In this document: in pieces, positions 1 through 8,488 of the stretch
Position numbering within the stretch: the first letter of the stretch is position 1
Layout of the letters: every line of letters begins with the position of its first letter
Source of the DNA: a virus
DNA: 64,000 nucleotides
Direction: 5' to 3' (one strand)
Virus record (IMG/VR): IMGVR_UViG_3300037461_000748
Coordinates: 1-64,000 of that record
Made by a program: the position numbers and the translations under genes
Notes under the pieces: model-generated
Told to the model about the DNA's origin: nothing
What the model saw: the letters and a program-made list of their open reading frames with translations, nothing else
Databases searched by the model: none

Positions 1-1
1 C

Positions 2-229
2 GCAGAGGAAGTATTAACCAATCCGATCTATAATATCCGAATGGGTTGCCGTTATCTTTCAATAATGGTCGGGTATTATGGGATTGACGGTGGTCTGGCA
101 GCCTATAATGGCGGTGAATGGCGCGCCCGAAAATATTATAAGAGCAAAGACCCGTTGGATCTTAAGGAAGAAACTAGGAAATATATTCCTGCCATTCTCT
201 CTCTTTTCTCTCAGTACGGAAACATTTAA
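2..229 (+). CDS. Lytic transglycosylase (SLT) domain protein, C-terminal part, truncated by window start
   Basis: Frame open from base 2: NPIYNIRMGCRYL...LAAYNGG...ETRKY, the C-terminal SLT motifs. Confidence 0.8.
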   Translation, partial: AEEVLTNPIYNIRMGCRYLSIMVGYYGIDGGLAAYNGGEWRARKYYKSKDPLDLKEETRKYIPAILSLFSQYGNI

Positions 230-242
230 ATTTTAAGATTGT

Positions 243-314
243 GACCAGGTGCCCGAGCGGTAAGGGCTCGGCCTGCAAAGCCGTTGTTCGGGGGTTCAAC
301 TCCCTCCCTGGTCT
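243..314 (+). tRNA. tRNA-Cys (GCA)
   Basis: Acceptor GACCAGG/CCTGGTC, anticodon arm CGGC-CT GCA AA-GCCG, T-loop GGTTCAACTCC, U73 discriminator; CCA not encoded. Confidence 0.92.
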
Positions 315-353
315 CACGATCTTTTTACCTTAAAAACTTTAAAGGCAGTTGCA

Positions 354-1082
354 ATGAGTATTAAAGAAGATGAAATAGCACTTAACATGTGGGAATCCAT
401 GTACGTAAACGAGCGGGTGTACACTGGAAAACCCATAATTGCTAGATTAGATGGTAGAAACTTTAAAGGATTTACTAAGAAGTTTAAAAAGCCATATGAT
501 TCTAGTTTTAGAAAATTAATGGCGATGTCTATGCTTTTTCTAATGAGAGAATTCAATGCTCACTATGGATATACTCAGAGCGACGAAATCTCTTTAGCCT
601 GGTGCTATAATAATGAACAGAGCATGTTATTCGGAGGAAGAGTATCAAAACTTAATTCGATACTAGCCTCAGGATTAACAGCCTATTTTAATAACAAAAT
701 AAGAGTTGGAAAGCCAGCAATGTTTGATTGCAGAGTTTTCAATGTTCCAGACTCCTTATTAATACCTTATTTTAATTACAGATTACAAGACTGTATAAGA
801 AATAGTGTATCTATGGCAGGTAGGGCATATTTTTCTCATAAGACCTTATTAAACAAGAAGGTTTTAGATATCATTGAGATGCTAGACGCAATTGGATATC
901 GATGGGGAAACTGTCCAAACTATTTCAAGTACGGTGTGATAGGATATCGCAAACCAACTAAAATAATAACTGATGCCGGCGAGGCAATTAGAAATAAATT
1001 ACAAGTCACAACCGGTCCAGAAGAAATGTACAGGAGGCTACAATGCCTATTGACCATGAACCACAACAGTTCAAGTTTTTAA
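354..1082 (+). CDS. thg1: tRNA(His) guanylyltransferase Thg1-like protein
   Basis: RLDGRNF, YTQSDEIS, FGGRVSKLNS, FDCRVF, RLQDCIRNS motifs. Confidence 0.92.
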   Translation: MSIKEDEIALNMWESMYVNERVYTGKPIIARLDGRNFKGFTKKFKKPYDSSFRKLMAMSMLFLMREFNAHYGYTQSDEISLAWCYNNEQSMLFGGRVSKLNSILASGLTAYFNNKIRVGKPAMFDCRVFNVPDSLLIPYFNYRLQDCIRNSVSMAGRAYFSHKTLLNKKVLDIIEMLDAIGYRWGNCPNYFKYGVIGYRKPTKIITDAGEAIRNKLQVTTGPEEMYRRLQCLLTMNHNSSSF

Positions 1083-1246
1083 CATTGGACGTACCCGGTG
1101 AGCGGATACAAAGAGATATAGTTGATGCCGCCAAGTTAATGCAGCGCAATATTAAGCCATTTAGAAGAGGCGACCAATTTGGCAGCGGTGCTACGTTGGA
1201 AGATCTCACAAAGAAACCGGGTGATTACATGACCAACTTTAAGTAA
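1043..1246 (+). CDS. Hypothetical protein
   Basis: 67-aa ORF with AGGAGG RBS, overlapping the thg1 end. Confidence 0.55.
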   Translation: MPIDHEPQQFKFLTLDVPGERIQRDIVDAAKLMQRNIKPFRRGDQFGSGATLEDLTKKPGDYMTNFK

Positions 1247-1250
1247 AGTT

Positions 1251-1259
1251 GGTATAAGA
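1251..1259 (+). promoter_or_regulatory. GGTATAAGA putative phage promoter (other copies at 26388, 32851, 33386, 34848)
   Basis: Identical 9-mer seen in five intergenic positions, all on the + strand. Confidence 0.55.
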
Positions 1260-1266
1260 AAATTAT

Positions 1267-1552
1267 GGGATGCATTCAGCATTTAATCTTGAATACTGAA
1301 TAACACTGGGCTCTATTGGATCGACAACGCCAGCATCCTAAAATAAAAGGGCTAAGTCGGTCTCAATGAAAGGGTTGGGTTCAGCATAAACTGATATTAT
1401 AATGGGTAGACTGCCAGCCCGAAATTACAGTCTATCTTTAAGCAATGGTCTCGACCGTTGTCTCAAAGGTTGCTTTTAGCAAAAGGCAGCCAGCAATAAG
1501 AAAGCTGCATACAGCATAGTAATATAATTGCAAGAGAGCCTTGTCCAGCAGC
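1267..1552 (+). ncRNA. Cluster of 3-4 small stem-closed RNAs sharing a stem-NNN(C/T)AGCA motif
   Basis: GGGATGC-ATTCAGCA..GCATCCT; GGGTTGG-GTTCAGCA..CCAGCCC; GGTTGC-TTTTAGCA..GCAGCC; GCTGC-ATACAGCA..GCAGC. Confidence 0.4.
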
Positions 1553-1680
1553 CCGCAAGGAGGATTGAGCTCTCTTATATAAGACTTTACAGTCCGTTGC
1601 ATACCCCCAGTTCTGCAACGGAACTTTCGAATAAAGAGAAAATGCTTGGAATTCTCCTAGCATTTTCTTACATTAATAAT

Positions 1681-1798
1681 TGGAGCGAAAGAATTCAACT
1701 ATAAAGCAAGCTGAGTAACGACTTAAAACGCAGATGATTTCATAGTCATTTTTAGCTTAATTTTTTAGAACGTGGTCTCAATACCACTGCTTCCACAA
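1681..1798 (+). ncRNA. Miniature or degenerate tmRNA-like element
   Basis: (T)GGAGCG/TGCTTCC-A acceptor with G3.U70, AAAGAATTCAAC D-loop analogue, GCAAGCTGAG, resume-like AAAAC-GCA-GAT-GAT, TTAGCTTAA, T-arm-like GTGGTCTCAATACCAC. Confidence 0.45.
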
Positions 1799-1800
1799 AT

Positions 1801-1867
1801 GCTGGGAATGTAATAGCCGTGGAGGAAGGAGCTCCCTATGAGGTTCGAATCCTCTCATTCCTGGCCA
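1801..1867 (+). ncRNA. tRNA-like RNA with 10-bp acceptor stem and T-arm but no normal D/anticodon arms
   Basis: GCTGGGAATG/CATTCCTGGC pairing; GAGG-TTCGAAT-CCTC T-arm. Confidence 0.5.
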
Positions 1868-1882
1868 TTGATTATTCGTAGA

Positions 1883-2045
1883 GGCGCAGATAGTCTAATT
1901 AGAAAGGCACAGTAATTGTCAAAAGCCAAAAAGGATATGGGTGCTGCCCTGCCAAGCTAGCAGATAAAGCAGAAGATTGGCTCAACCCTAATAAGCAATT
2001 ACTGGTATCGTGTACAGATTACAGGTTCAAGTCCTGCCTGCGCCT
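1883..2045 (+). tRNA. Atypical long-variable-arm tRNA-like gene with ~78-nt structured insert in the anticodon loop; identity ambiguous
   Basis: GGCGCAG/CTGCGCC acceptor, TA-GTCT..AGGC D-arm, CAGTAATTG/CAATTACTG extended anticodon stem, CAGG-TTCAAGT-CCTG T-arm. Confidence 0.6.
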
Positions 2046-2056
2046 CTAAGAATTAC

Positions 2057-2213
2057 TGATTATTCATGGGGGCGCGTCCCACCAAAAGGTAAAACATTGC
2101 AGCATACCCCGGTATTTCCAACGTACACGGACTTACAGGAATGAGTTGCTTTGGGCGACAACGGACCCGATGCGGCCGCTTAATGGTTTCGGGCGCTCCA
2201 CCATGAATAATCA
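2057..2213 (+). ncRNA. Structured RNA with Ala-type acceptor end (GGGGCGC/GCGCTCC-ACCA) inside 13-bp inverted repeats
   Basis: TGATTATTCATGG (2057) / CCATGAATAATCA (2201) perfect IR; G3.U70, A73 and encoded CCA. Confidence 0.5.
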
Positions 2214-2278
2214 AATAATTTATATGTTAAAAAACAAAAATAAGGTGTGATGGTCCAAATTGAAATCAAATATAAATA

Positions 2279-3460
2279 ATGCAAGTAGTAAAATTACTTA
2301 AAGTTAGTGGAGACGTTAACAATAATAAGTACTACGAGATGCATGAAAATAGCGATGGAACTTTTCTAGCTAAATTTGGAAGAGTCGGGGCTAGCCCACA
2401 GAGTGCATCATATCCGATGTCCAAATGGAAGACTAAGTATAATGAGAAGTTGAAAAAAGGATATCGGGACGTTACCGAGTTATCAGTAATCGTTAAAGAA
2501 GCAAAATATAAAGACATTACAGATACTGGTATCGGTGCCATCGTTAACGCCTTACAGCAGTATGCAAATTCTTCTGTAAGTAAAAACTACCAAGTATCGG
2601 CCGGCTCAGTAACTGATAAACAAATCACACAGGCCCAATTACTAGTAGATACTCTACCTACCTTTTCTGAAGTATCATTGTTTAATCAAACATTAGAAAA
2701 ATTATTCGAAGTCATTCCAAGAAAAATGAGCACCGTTAGAGCATATCTATGGGATGGCGGCGCCGATGCGAAAAAACGAATTATTACGAGAGAGCAAGAT
2801 ACTCTTGATGTAATGAGGGGCCAAGTAGTACTATCGCATCAAACAGAAGATGCAGAAGATATCGAAGAGAAGTCAATATTAGACATCGCCGGTATTAATA
2901 TTACTAAGATTACTCAAGCGGAAGAAGACGAAATCATTTCTCAATTACAAGATGAGAAGTGGAGATACAGACAGGCATTTAAAGTAGAGAATCTGGGCAC
3001 TCAATCGAAGTTTAATGCTTTTATTAAAAAATCTAATAATAAGAAAACTATGTTATTCTGGCATGGATCTCGAAATGAAAACTGGTGGAGTATATTAGGA
3101 ACAGGTCTCGTACTAAGGCCTGCCAATGCTGTAATAACAGGTAAGATGTTTGGCTATGGATTATACTTTGCTGACAAAGCTAGGAAATCCCTTGGTTATA
3201 CTTCGTTACGAGGTAGCTATTGGGCATGCGGAGGAAGTGACGTAGGTTATATGTCATTATATGAAGTCCACGTGGGAAACTGGCTTCATTCTCAAAAACA
3301 TACACATGAAATGTATAATTACACCTATGACATCTTACAAAGAAAAGGTGGTTACGATTCGCTGTTCGCCGAGGGCGGCATCGATTTACGTAACAATGAA
3401 TATATAATATACCGTGAAGAACAATGCACGGTTAAATACATAGTGGAGTTGAAAGGATAA
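2279..3460 (+). CDS. Poly(ADP-ribose) polymerase (WGR + helical + catalytic domains)
   Basis: NNNKYY..FGRVG (WGR domain), FWHGS, GKMFGYGLYFAD, NNEYIIY: H-Y-E triad. Confidence 0.92.
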   Translation: MQVVKLLKVSGDVNNNKYYEMHENSDGTFLAKFGRVGASPQSASYPMSKWKTKYNEKLKKGYRDVTELSVIVKEAKYKDITDTGIGAIVNALQQYANSSVSKNYQVSAGSVTDKQITQAQLLVDTLPTFSEVSLFNQTLEKLFEVIPRKMSTVRAYLWDGGADAKKRIITREQDTLDVMRGQVVLSHQTEDAEDIEEKSILDIAGINITKITQAEEDEIISQLQDEKWRYRQAFKVENLGTQSKFNAFIKKSNNKKTMLFWHGSRNENWWSILGTGLVLRPANAVITGKMFGYGLYFADKARKSLGYTSLRGSYWACGGSDVGYMSLYEVHVGNWLHSQKHTHEMYNYTYDILQRKGGYDSLFAEGGIDLRNNEYIIYREEQCTVKYIVELKG

Positions 3461-3463
3461 CTA

Positions 3464-3727
3464 ATGTATGAAAATGGAGCGTTCTATTGTGGAACACTGC
3501 TAAGTCGAATGGACTTGCGCTGCAACAACAATAAATTTTGGAGCGACCTTCCAAAGGGAGAACCTGTCGCATACTTAGATAGATTGATTCCCTTTGCTGG
3601 CAAAAAGCTATTATTAAGATATGACGATGACTCAAGCGCGTTCATGTTTAATAAGGTAAAGATTCATGAAGATTGGCTCGTTGACATCGAAAGATTATAC
3701 GTATTTTCTGGTGAAGATGTAGATTAA
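3464..3727 (+). CDS. Hypothetical protein
   Basis: 87-aa ORF packed in operon. Confidence 0.6.
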   Translation: MYENGAFYCGTLLSRMDLRCNNNKFWSDLPKGEPVAYLDRLIPFAGKKLLLRYDDDSSAFMFNKVKIHEDWLVDIERLYVFSGEDVD

Positions 3728-3747
3728 TAGTGTCTCAGGAGATGTAA

Positions 3748-4164
3748 ATGAACGATAAAGAATTATTAAAAAAGGCTAGATCCGGAGTTGATAACATAGA
3801 TGATTTCTTTGAAAGTTTGCAAACTTTAAATGAAGAGACAGTTTCAGCCGCCATAGGAGCCATCGCTGTAATGAAAAAATTAGTATCAGAGAAAAAGTTT
3901 GCAGAAGTTGTTTGGTTAATTATCGAATACTTGTCTGATACCGATGATCCAAACTTTTTAAGACTATTAAGAATGAAACAAATGCTATTTCCACATTCAA
4001 GAAGTCGATACATCTCCATCACTCCAGAAATATTTACAGAGCTTCAGAAGGAAGCAAAAGCTTTATTAGTTGCATTGCCAGATGCAACTGACGATAAAAG
4101 GATGTATTGGAAATCAATAATCAAAGGAAAAGTGCCTCCTGGTATAATTATTAAGGACATTTAA
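3748..4164 (+). CDS. Hypothetical protein
   Basis: 138-aa ORF with AGGAG RBS. Confidence 0.7.
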   Translation: MNDKELLKKARSGVDNIDDFFESLQTLNEETVSAAIGAIAVMKKLVSEKKFAEVVWLIIEYLSDTDDPNFLRLLRMKQMLFPHSRSRYISITPEIFTELQKEAKALLVALPDATDDKRMYWKSIIKGKVPPGIIIKDI

Positions 4165-4733
4165 TGTACACTCCCTTGGGATTAGACATTGAGACTTCAA
4201 CTGGTAATCCATCGTATGGCATGATATTATCAATTGGAGCCTATGATTCAAAAAGAAAAACAAAAAAATATTTTTATGAAGAAATACGCCATACAAAACT
4301 ATTTGTAGAACCCCAGGCATTTGCTGTTAATAAAATTGACATTACAACATTAAGTCACGAAAGTCGCATATCTTTGGAAGAATGTGATGATCTATTAAGC
4401 AAATGGATTGGATTAAGAACTTACTCCCCGCTGGGATTTAACGTAGGATCCTTTGACATGAAATTCATAGAAAGATTATTACCATTATCTTCTAAGAAGC
4501 TCGGTTATCGGACTATGGATTTAAACGCAATCTGCATGTTTATTGCGCTTAAATACAATGTAGACTACTACAAAGTTAAAACCAGCGCTAAGAAGTGGTC
4601 CAAAGATAAGGCAATTGATTTCAAACCAAGAGCCTTACATGGAACTGCTGAGTATGATGAGCACCACGCATTGTTTGATGCCGTGGTAGCAGTTAACTGT
4701 TTATTGTATTTAAATACCTATTCGAATCATTAA
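4164..4733 (+). CDS. DEDDh 3'-5' exonuclease
   Basis: LDIETS, FNVGSFD, HHALFDA ExoI-III motifs. Confidence 0.88.
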   Translation: MYTPLGLDIETSTGNPSYGMILSIGAYDSKRKTKKYFYEEIRHTKLFVEPQAFAVNKIDITTLSHESRISLEECDDLLSKWIGLRTYSPLGFNVGSFDMKFIERLLPLSSKKLGYRTMDLNAICMFIALKYNVDYYKVKTSAKKWSKDKAIDFKPRALHGTAEYDEHHALFDAVVAVNCLLYLNTYSNH

Positions 4734-4747
4734 CGAGGAAACAAATT

Positions 4748-5116
4748 ATGAGCGATTATCTTGAAACTCATGTTATTAGTGAGGGACCATATCTTCCAGA
4801 AGCAAAATATTACGCTGGAAACGAAGATGGCAAAAATGTTGTTATTTACATCGTAGCTCCTGGCTACACAAAAGAAGATTTCAACATCAGTGTAACCAAA
4901 GATGCATTGAAGGTCACCGCTGCGAAAAAGAAAGACATTCCTGTCAATCTTTACGCACAAGGATTTAGCAACACATTCCGCAGACGCGTAAGTGATGAAG
5001 AGGCCACTCTTCCTATCACTGGCGATAACACATCTGTGACCTATGTCAACGGTATTCTTAGAATTGCCATTGAAATTCCAGTCGAAATGCACCCAACTAC
5101 GTTGGAAGTAAAATAA
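4748..5116 (+). CDS. Small heat-shock protein (Hsp20 family)
   Basis: APGYTKEDFNISV...YVNGILRIAI alpha-crystallin motifs. Confidence 0.85.
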   Translation: MSDYLETHVISEGPYLPEAKYYAGNEDGKNVVIYIVAPGYTKEDFNISVTKDALKVTAAKKKDIPVNLYAQGFSNTFRRRVSDEEATLPITGDNTSVTYVNGILRIAIEIPVEMHPTTLEVK

Positions 5117-5122
5117 GTTCCC

Positions 5123-5584
5123 GTGCAATATAAAATTTACACAGACGGCGCATGTTCCGGCAATCCAGGCCCAGGCGCATGCGCCGCCTTTATTATAAAC
5201 GAGTCCAACCCCGTTGCCCAACACCTTATTACAGAATCTTACCGACTAACAACTAATAATAGAATGGAGTTAAGAGCCGTGTTGATGTGTTTTAATCATC
5301 TTCCAATTGGTTCAAATATTAAATTTATAACAGATTCTAAGTATGTAGTCAACGCTGTTAATAATAGATGGCTTAACAAATGGGAAGACATTGAGTTCCG
5401 TAAGAGGCCCAACGCTGATTTATGGAGACTACTGGTCGATTGGCTAAAAATACACAATTGTACCTTTGAATGGGTCAGGGGGCACAATGGAAACGAAGGA
5501 AACGAGCATGTTGATAAATATGCTCAAGGAAAAATAGGTGAAAAACCGATATTAATTGACAAAAATTATGAAAACACGAATTAG
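5123..5584 (+). CDS. rnhA: Ribonuclease HI
   Basis: YTDGACSGNPGPG, TNNRMEL, TDSKY, NADLW, WVRGH..NEHVD. Confidence 0.95.
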   Translation: MQYKIYTDGACSGNPGPGACAAFIINESNPVAQHLITESYRLTTNNRMELRAVLMCFNHLPIGSNIKFITDSKYVVNAVNNRWLNKWEDIEFRKRPNADLWRLLVDWLKIHNCTFEWVRGHNGNEGNEHVDKYAQGKIGEKPILIDKNYENTN

Positions 5585-5870
5585 ACATTTTAGAAGCGGA
5601 CATCCAAAATTCAAAAAATATGTGAGAGACCTTTCACATAAACAGATCAGGCCAACATGGCGTTCGCAATGTAATGGCGTTACTCTTGTGACACTAGAAG
5701 AAGCGGAAGGGGAAGTCATAGCAGAAGGTTATTCATTCTGCCATCCGTTAGATAATTTTAATAAGAGGACGGGAGTAATGATTGCCAGGGGCAGAGCTCT
5801 AAAGAATTTGGAAGACTCTGATAGACACTTGGGTTATCCTAGGAGACGGTCGTTAGAGGATGATCTTTAA
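5568..5870 (+). CDS. Small conserved phage protein with G-x-S-x-C-H-P-x-D-N-F...G-x-x-I-A-R motif
   Basis: EGYSFCHPLDNFNKRTGVMIARGRA, reminiscent of the Phage_gp49_66/Acb4-like signature. Confidence 0.5.
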   Translation: MKTRIRHFRSGHPKFKKYVRDLSHKQIRPTWRSQCNGVTLVTLEEAEGEVIAEGYSFCHPLDNFNKRTGVMIARGRALKNLEDSDRHLGYPRRRSLEDDL

Positions 5871-6606
5871 TCAAATTAGATTCCGAGAGCCTGATCTATT
5901 ATATTTTGCTCTAACGGGATCAAGAGCATATGGGATTCACACTGAGTCTTCAGATCACGATTATAGAGGAGTGTTTATAAATACTCCTGAGGAAATATTT
6001 GGCCTATCAGTCAGAGACTCTCAGGAATATATGGGGGACATAGTTCTTCATTCCTTAAAAAAATTTGTGAAGCTGGCGACTGGTGCGAATCCCAATATTC
6101 TTGAGCTATTATTCTTACCTCAAGAATGCATATTATACAATCATCCGGTGTTTGATAAGGTCTTGTTAAACAGAAGTCTGTTCTTAACTAAAAGAGTTAA
6201 ACACACTTACAGTGGATACGCCATGGCTCAACTAAAAAGGGATGATAGAAAAAGCACTCATGGAACATTGCGGGAGAAATACATGGCAGGTCAAAAGTCT
6301 GGAGCACCTTATGATTCTAAATTTGCTGGACACACAATTAGATTAATGTTAAACGCCATAGAAATACTAAGGGATGGGACATTAACCCCAAAGTTATCTG
6401 GCGAAAACCTTGACATTGTTAAAAAAGTTAGAAATGGGACATTTTTCTCATCCGCCCACGCATTTCGCTCTTATGCAGAGGGTCTAGATGCGGCATTAAA
6501 ACTTTATTATGAAAAGACAACGCTCCCAAATTCGCCAGATATTAAAAAAATTAATAAATTACTAACGGAATGTCACGAGGAGTATTATGAGCAGAGGGGA
6601 ATGTAA
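5860..6606 (+). CDS. Nucleotidyltransferase (pol-beta superfamily, Nuc-transf-like)
   Basis: GSRAYG..SDHDYRG, ANPNILELL motifs. Confidence 0.85.
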   Translation: MIFNQIRFREPDLLYFALTGSRAYGIHTESSDHDYRGVFINTPEEIFGLSVRDSQEYMGDIVLHSLKKFVKLATGANPNILELLFLPQECILYNHPVFDKVLLNRSLFLTKRVKHTYSGYAMAQLKRDDRKSTHGTLREKYMAGQKSGAPYDSKFAGHTIRLMLNAIEILRDGTLTPKLSGENLDIVKKVRNGTFFSSAHAFRSYAEGLDAALKLYYEKTTLPNSPDIKKINKLLTECHEEYYEQRGM

Positions 6607-7522
6607 AGAAATAGCAAGATGTGCCGATGATCCGGATGTACTTACTAAGGAGAAGGATATTCCTGTAAGGCATTACACGGTCTTTGATAATTATTACAGA
6701 CCATGTCCGCCTACGACTAATATATTACCTCCCGGCTATTATCACTGCGAAAAGGACAATGCTGGGGTATATTTTATAAAGTTTCCAATTGATACGTCAG
6801 ACCTAATAAGATTTCCGGGAAGTATGCCTGATGAGATAATCTCAGAGTTCGAGTCCTTTTGGACTAAAAGAGAATTATATGCGATGCGGGGAGAACCTCA
6901 TAAGAGGGGATTCTTATTATGGGGTCCACCGGGTGGTGGAAAAACTTGTACAGCTACACTGATAATGAAAGATTTTATTGATGCCGGTAACATAGTGTTA
7001 CGATATAATTGGCTTGTACCAGAAGCTATAAATAAGCTTCGTAACATCGAACCCAGCAGAAGAATAATGGTCACTATTGAGGACATAGACACTTACACTA
7101 AACAACGGTCTAGTGAAGAAGAACAAGTTCTATTACAATTTCTTGACGGCGATAGACAATACTCTAACATAGTAGTTATTGCTACTACTAATTTTCCAGA
7201 AGATCTTGGAGATAGAATTATCAATAGACCATCAAGATTTGATAGAGTAGCTTACATAGGTATGCCCTCAGAAATAGATAGGAAACTTTATCTTGAGAAG
7301 AAATGTAAATCAACCGCAACATCTGAGCAAGTTAAATGGGTAGCTGATACTGATAATTGGACGTTGGCACATCTTAAGGAATTGATATTAGCAGTTGAAA
7401 TTTATGGACTTCCGTATGAGAAGACTATTAGACGGCTAAACAGCATGAGGCAAAAGAAAGCCAGTTCTAGTGAATATCTTGACCCACTACGAGGTTCTTC
7501 TAGAACAGGTTTCGGGAGATGA
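6587..7522 (+). CDS. AAA+ ATPase (BCS1/FtsH-like ATPase domain)
   Basis: GPPGGGKT, IEDID, TTN, RPSRFD. Confidence 0.9.
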   Translation: MSRGECKEIARCADDPDVLTKEKDIPVRHYTVFDNYYRPCPPTTNILPPGYYHCEKDNAGVYFIKFPIDTSDLIRFPGSMPDEIISEFESFWTKRELYAMRGEPHKRGFLLWGPPGGGKTCTATLIMKDFIDAGNIVLRYNWLVPEAINKLRNIEPSRRIMVTIEDIDTYTKQRSSEEEQVLLQFLDGDRQYSNIVVIATTNFPEDLGDRIINRPSRFDRVAYIGMPSEIDRKLYLEKKCKSTATSEQVKWVADTDNWTLAHLKELILAVEIYGLPYEKTIRRLNSMRQKKASSSEYLDPLRGSSRTGFGR

Positions 7523-7523
7523 T

Positions 7524-8477
7524 ATGCAAGAAGTAATAATGTTAAGAGGCTTACCAGCATCTGGTAAGTCCACCTGGGCCAGGCAACAGGTAATTAATAA
7601 CCCTGGAAAATACAAACGTGTAAATAAAGATGAACTCCGGGAAACACTTGATGTGTCTGTATGGACTAAAGCTAATGAGACCTTCGTGGAAAAAACTAGG
7701 GATTTTATAATATCCCAGGCATTGGAACAAGGAAAAAGTGTTATCATCGATGACACTAATATTAATCCAAAGCACGAGAAAAGAGTTAAAGAATTAGTAT
7801 TAGAGTACTCTGCATCATCAGGCAATGATGTAAATTTCTTTGTTAAAGAGTTCATAGTAGATCTAGCTGAATTGCTAAAAAGAGATCGCAACAGAGAAAA
7901 CCCGGTTGGTGCCTCAGTTATCAAAAGAATGCACTCTCAATGGACTGGACACTTAGGAGATTATCCTGGTAACGAATATGTCCAGCACCTTGGACCAGAA
8001 TATCCATGGTTAACCGTTTGGGAAAGGGATAATAAGTTGCAAGGAGCTTACATATTTGACGTGGATGGAACTTTGTCATTATTAAACGGTAGAAATCCTT
8101 ATGATGGAACAAATGCCGTAGAAGATTTGGAAAACTATCCAGTTACTCGGGTCCTAACAAGATTATCTGAAATGACGGATAAACCTTTTTTAAATAATAA
8201 AATTATCATTTTTACAGGAAGGGACGGCAAATACCGTAAAGAAACTGAAGACTGGTTAGATCTGCATAATATCCACTATGATGAGTTTTATATTCGGGCG
8301 GAAGGCGATGACAGAAAAGATTCTGTCATTAAGAAGGAAATGTATGAAACACATGTCAAGGGAAGATATCAAATATTAGGTGTATTTGACGATCGTCCGC
8401 AAGTACGACGAATGTGGATTGATGAGGGTTTGTTTGTTTTCAGCTGTTATCAGAATCGAAATTTCATGGAGTTTTAA
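7524..8477 (+). CDS. pseT: Polynucleotide 5'-kinase/3'-phosphatase (T4 PseT-like)
   Basis: GLPASGKST kinase P-loop; DVDGT, TGR, K and FDDR HAD motifs. Confidence 0.92.
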   Translation: MQEVIMLRGLPASGKSTWARQQVINNPGKYKRVNKDELRETLDVSVWTKANETFVEKTRDFIISQALEQGKSVIIDDTNINPKHEKRVKELVLEYSASSGNDVNFFVKEFIVDLAELLKRDRNRENPVGASVIKRMHSQWTGHLGDYPGNEYVQHLGPEYPWLTVWERDNKLQGAYIFDVDGTLSLLNGRNPYDGTNAVEDLENYPVTRVLTRLSEMTDKPFLNNKIIIFTGRDGKYRKETEDWLDLHNIHYDEFYIRAEGDDRKDSVIKKEMYETHVKGRYQILGVFDDRPQVRRMWIDEGLFVFSCYQNRNFMEF

Positions 8478-8488
8478 TCAACATCTAT

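Noticed and set aside
315-353. Theta/HDV-like ribozyme after tRNA-Cys
   Set aside because: The trailer is short and AT-rich with no nested double pseudoknot.
1463-1663. 66-aa - strand ORF in the ncRNA cluster
   Set aside because: Opposite to the local transcription direction and overlapping multiple hairpins; no recognisable features.
1918-1995. Group I intron in the tRNA-like gene
   Set aside because: It follows a U and ends in G, but 78 nt is too short and the P/Q/R/S core elements are not in order.
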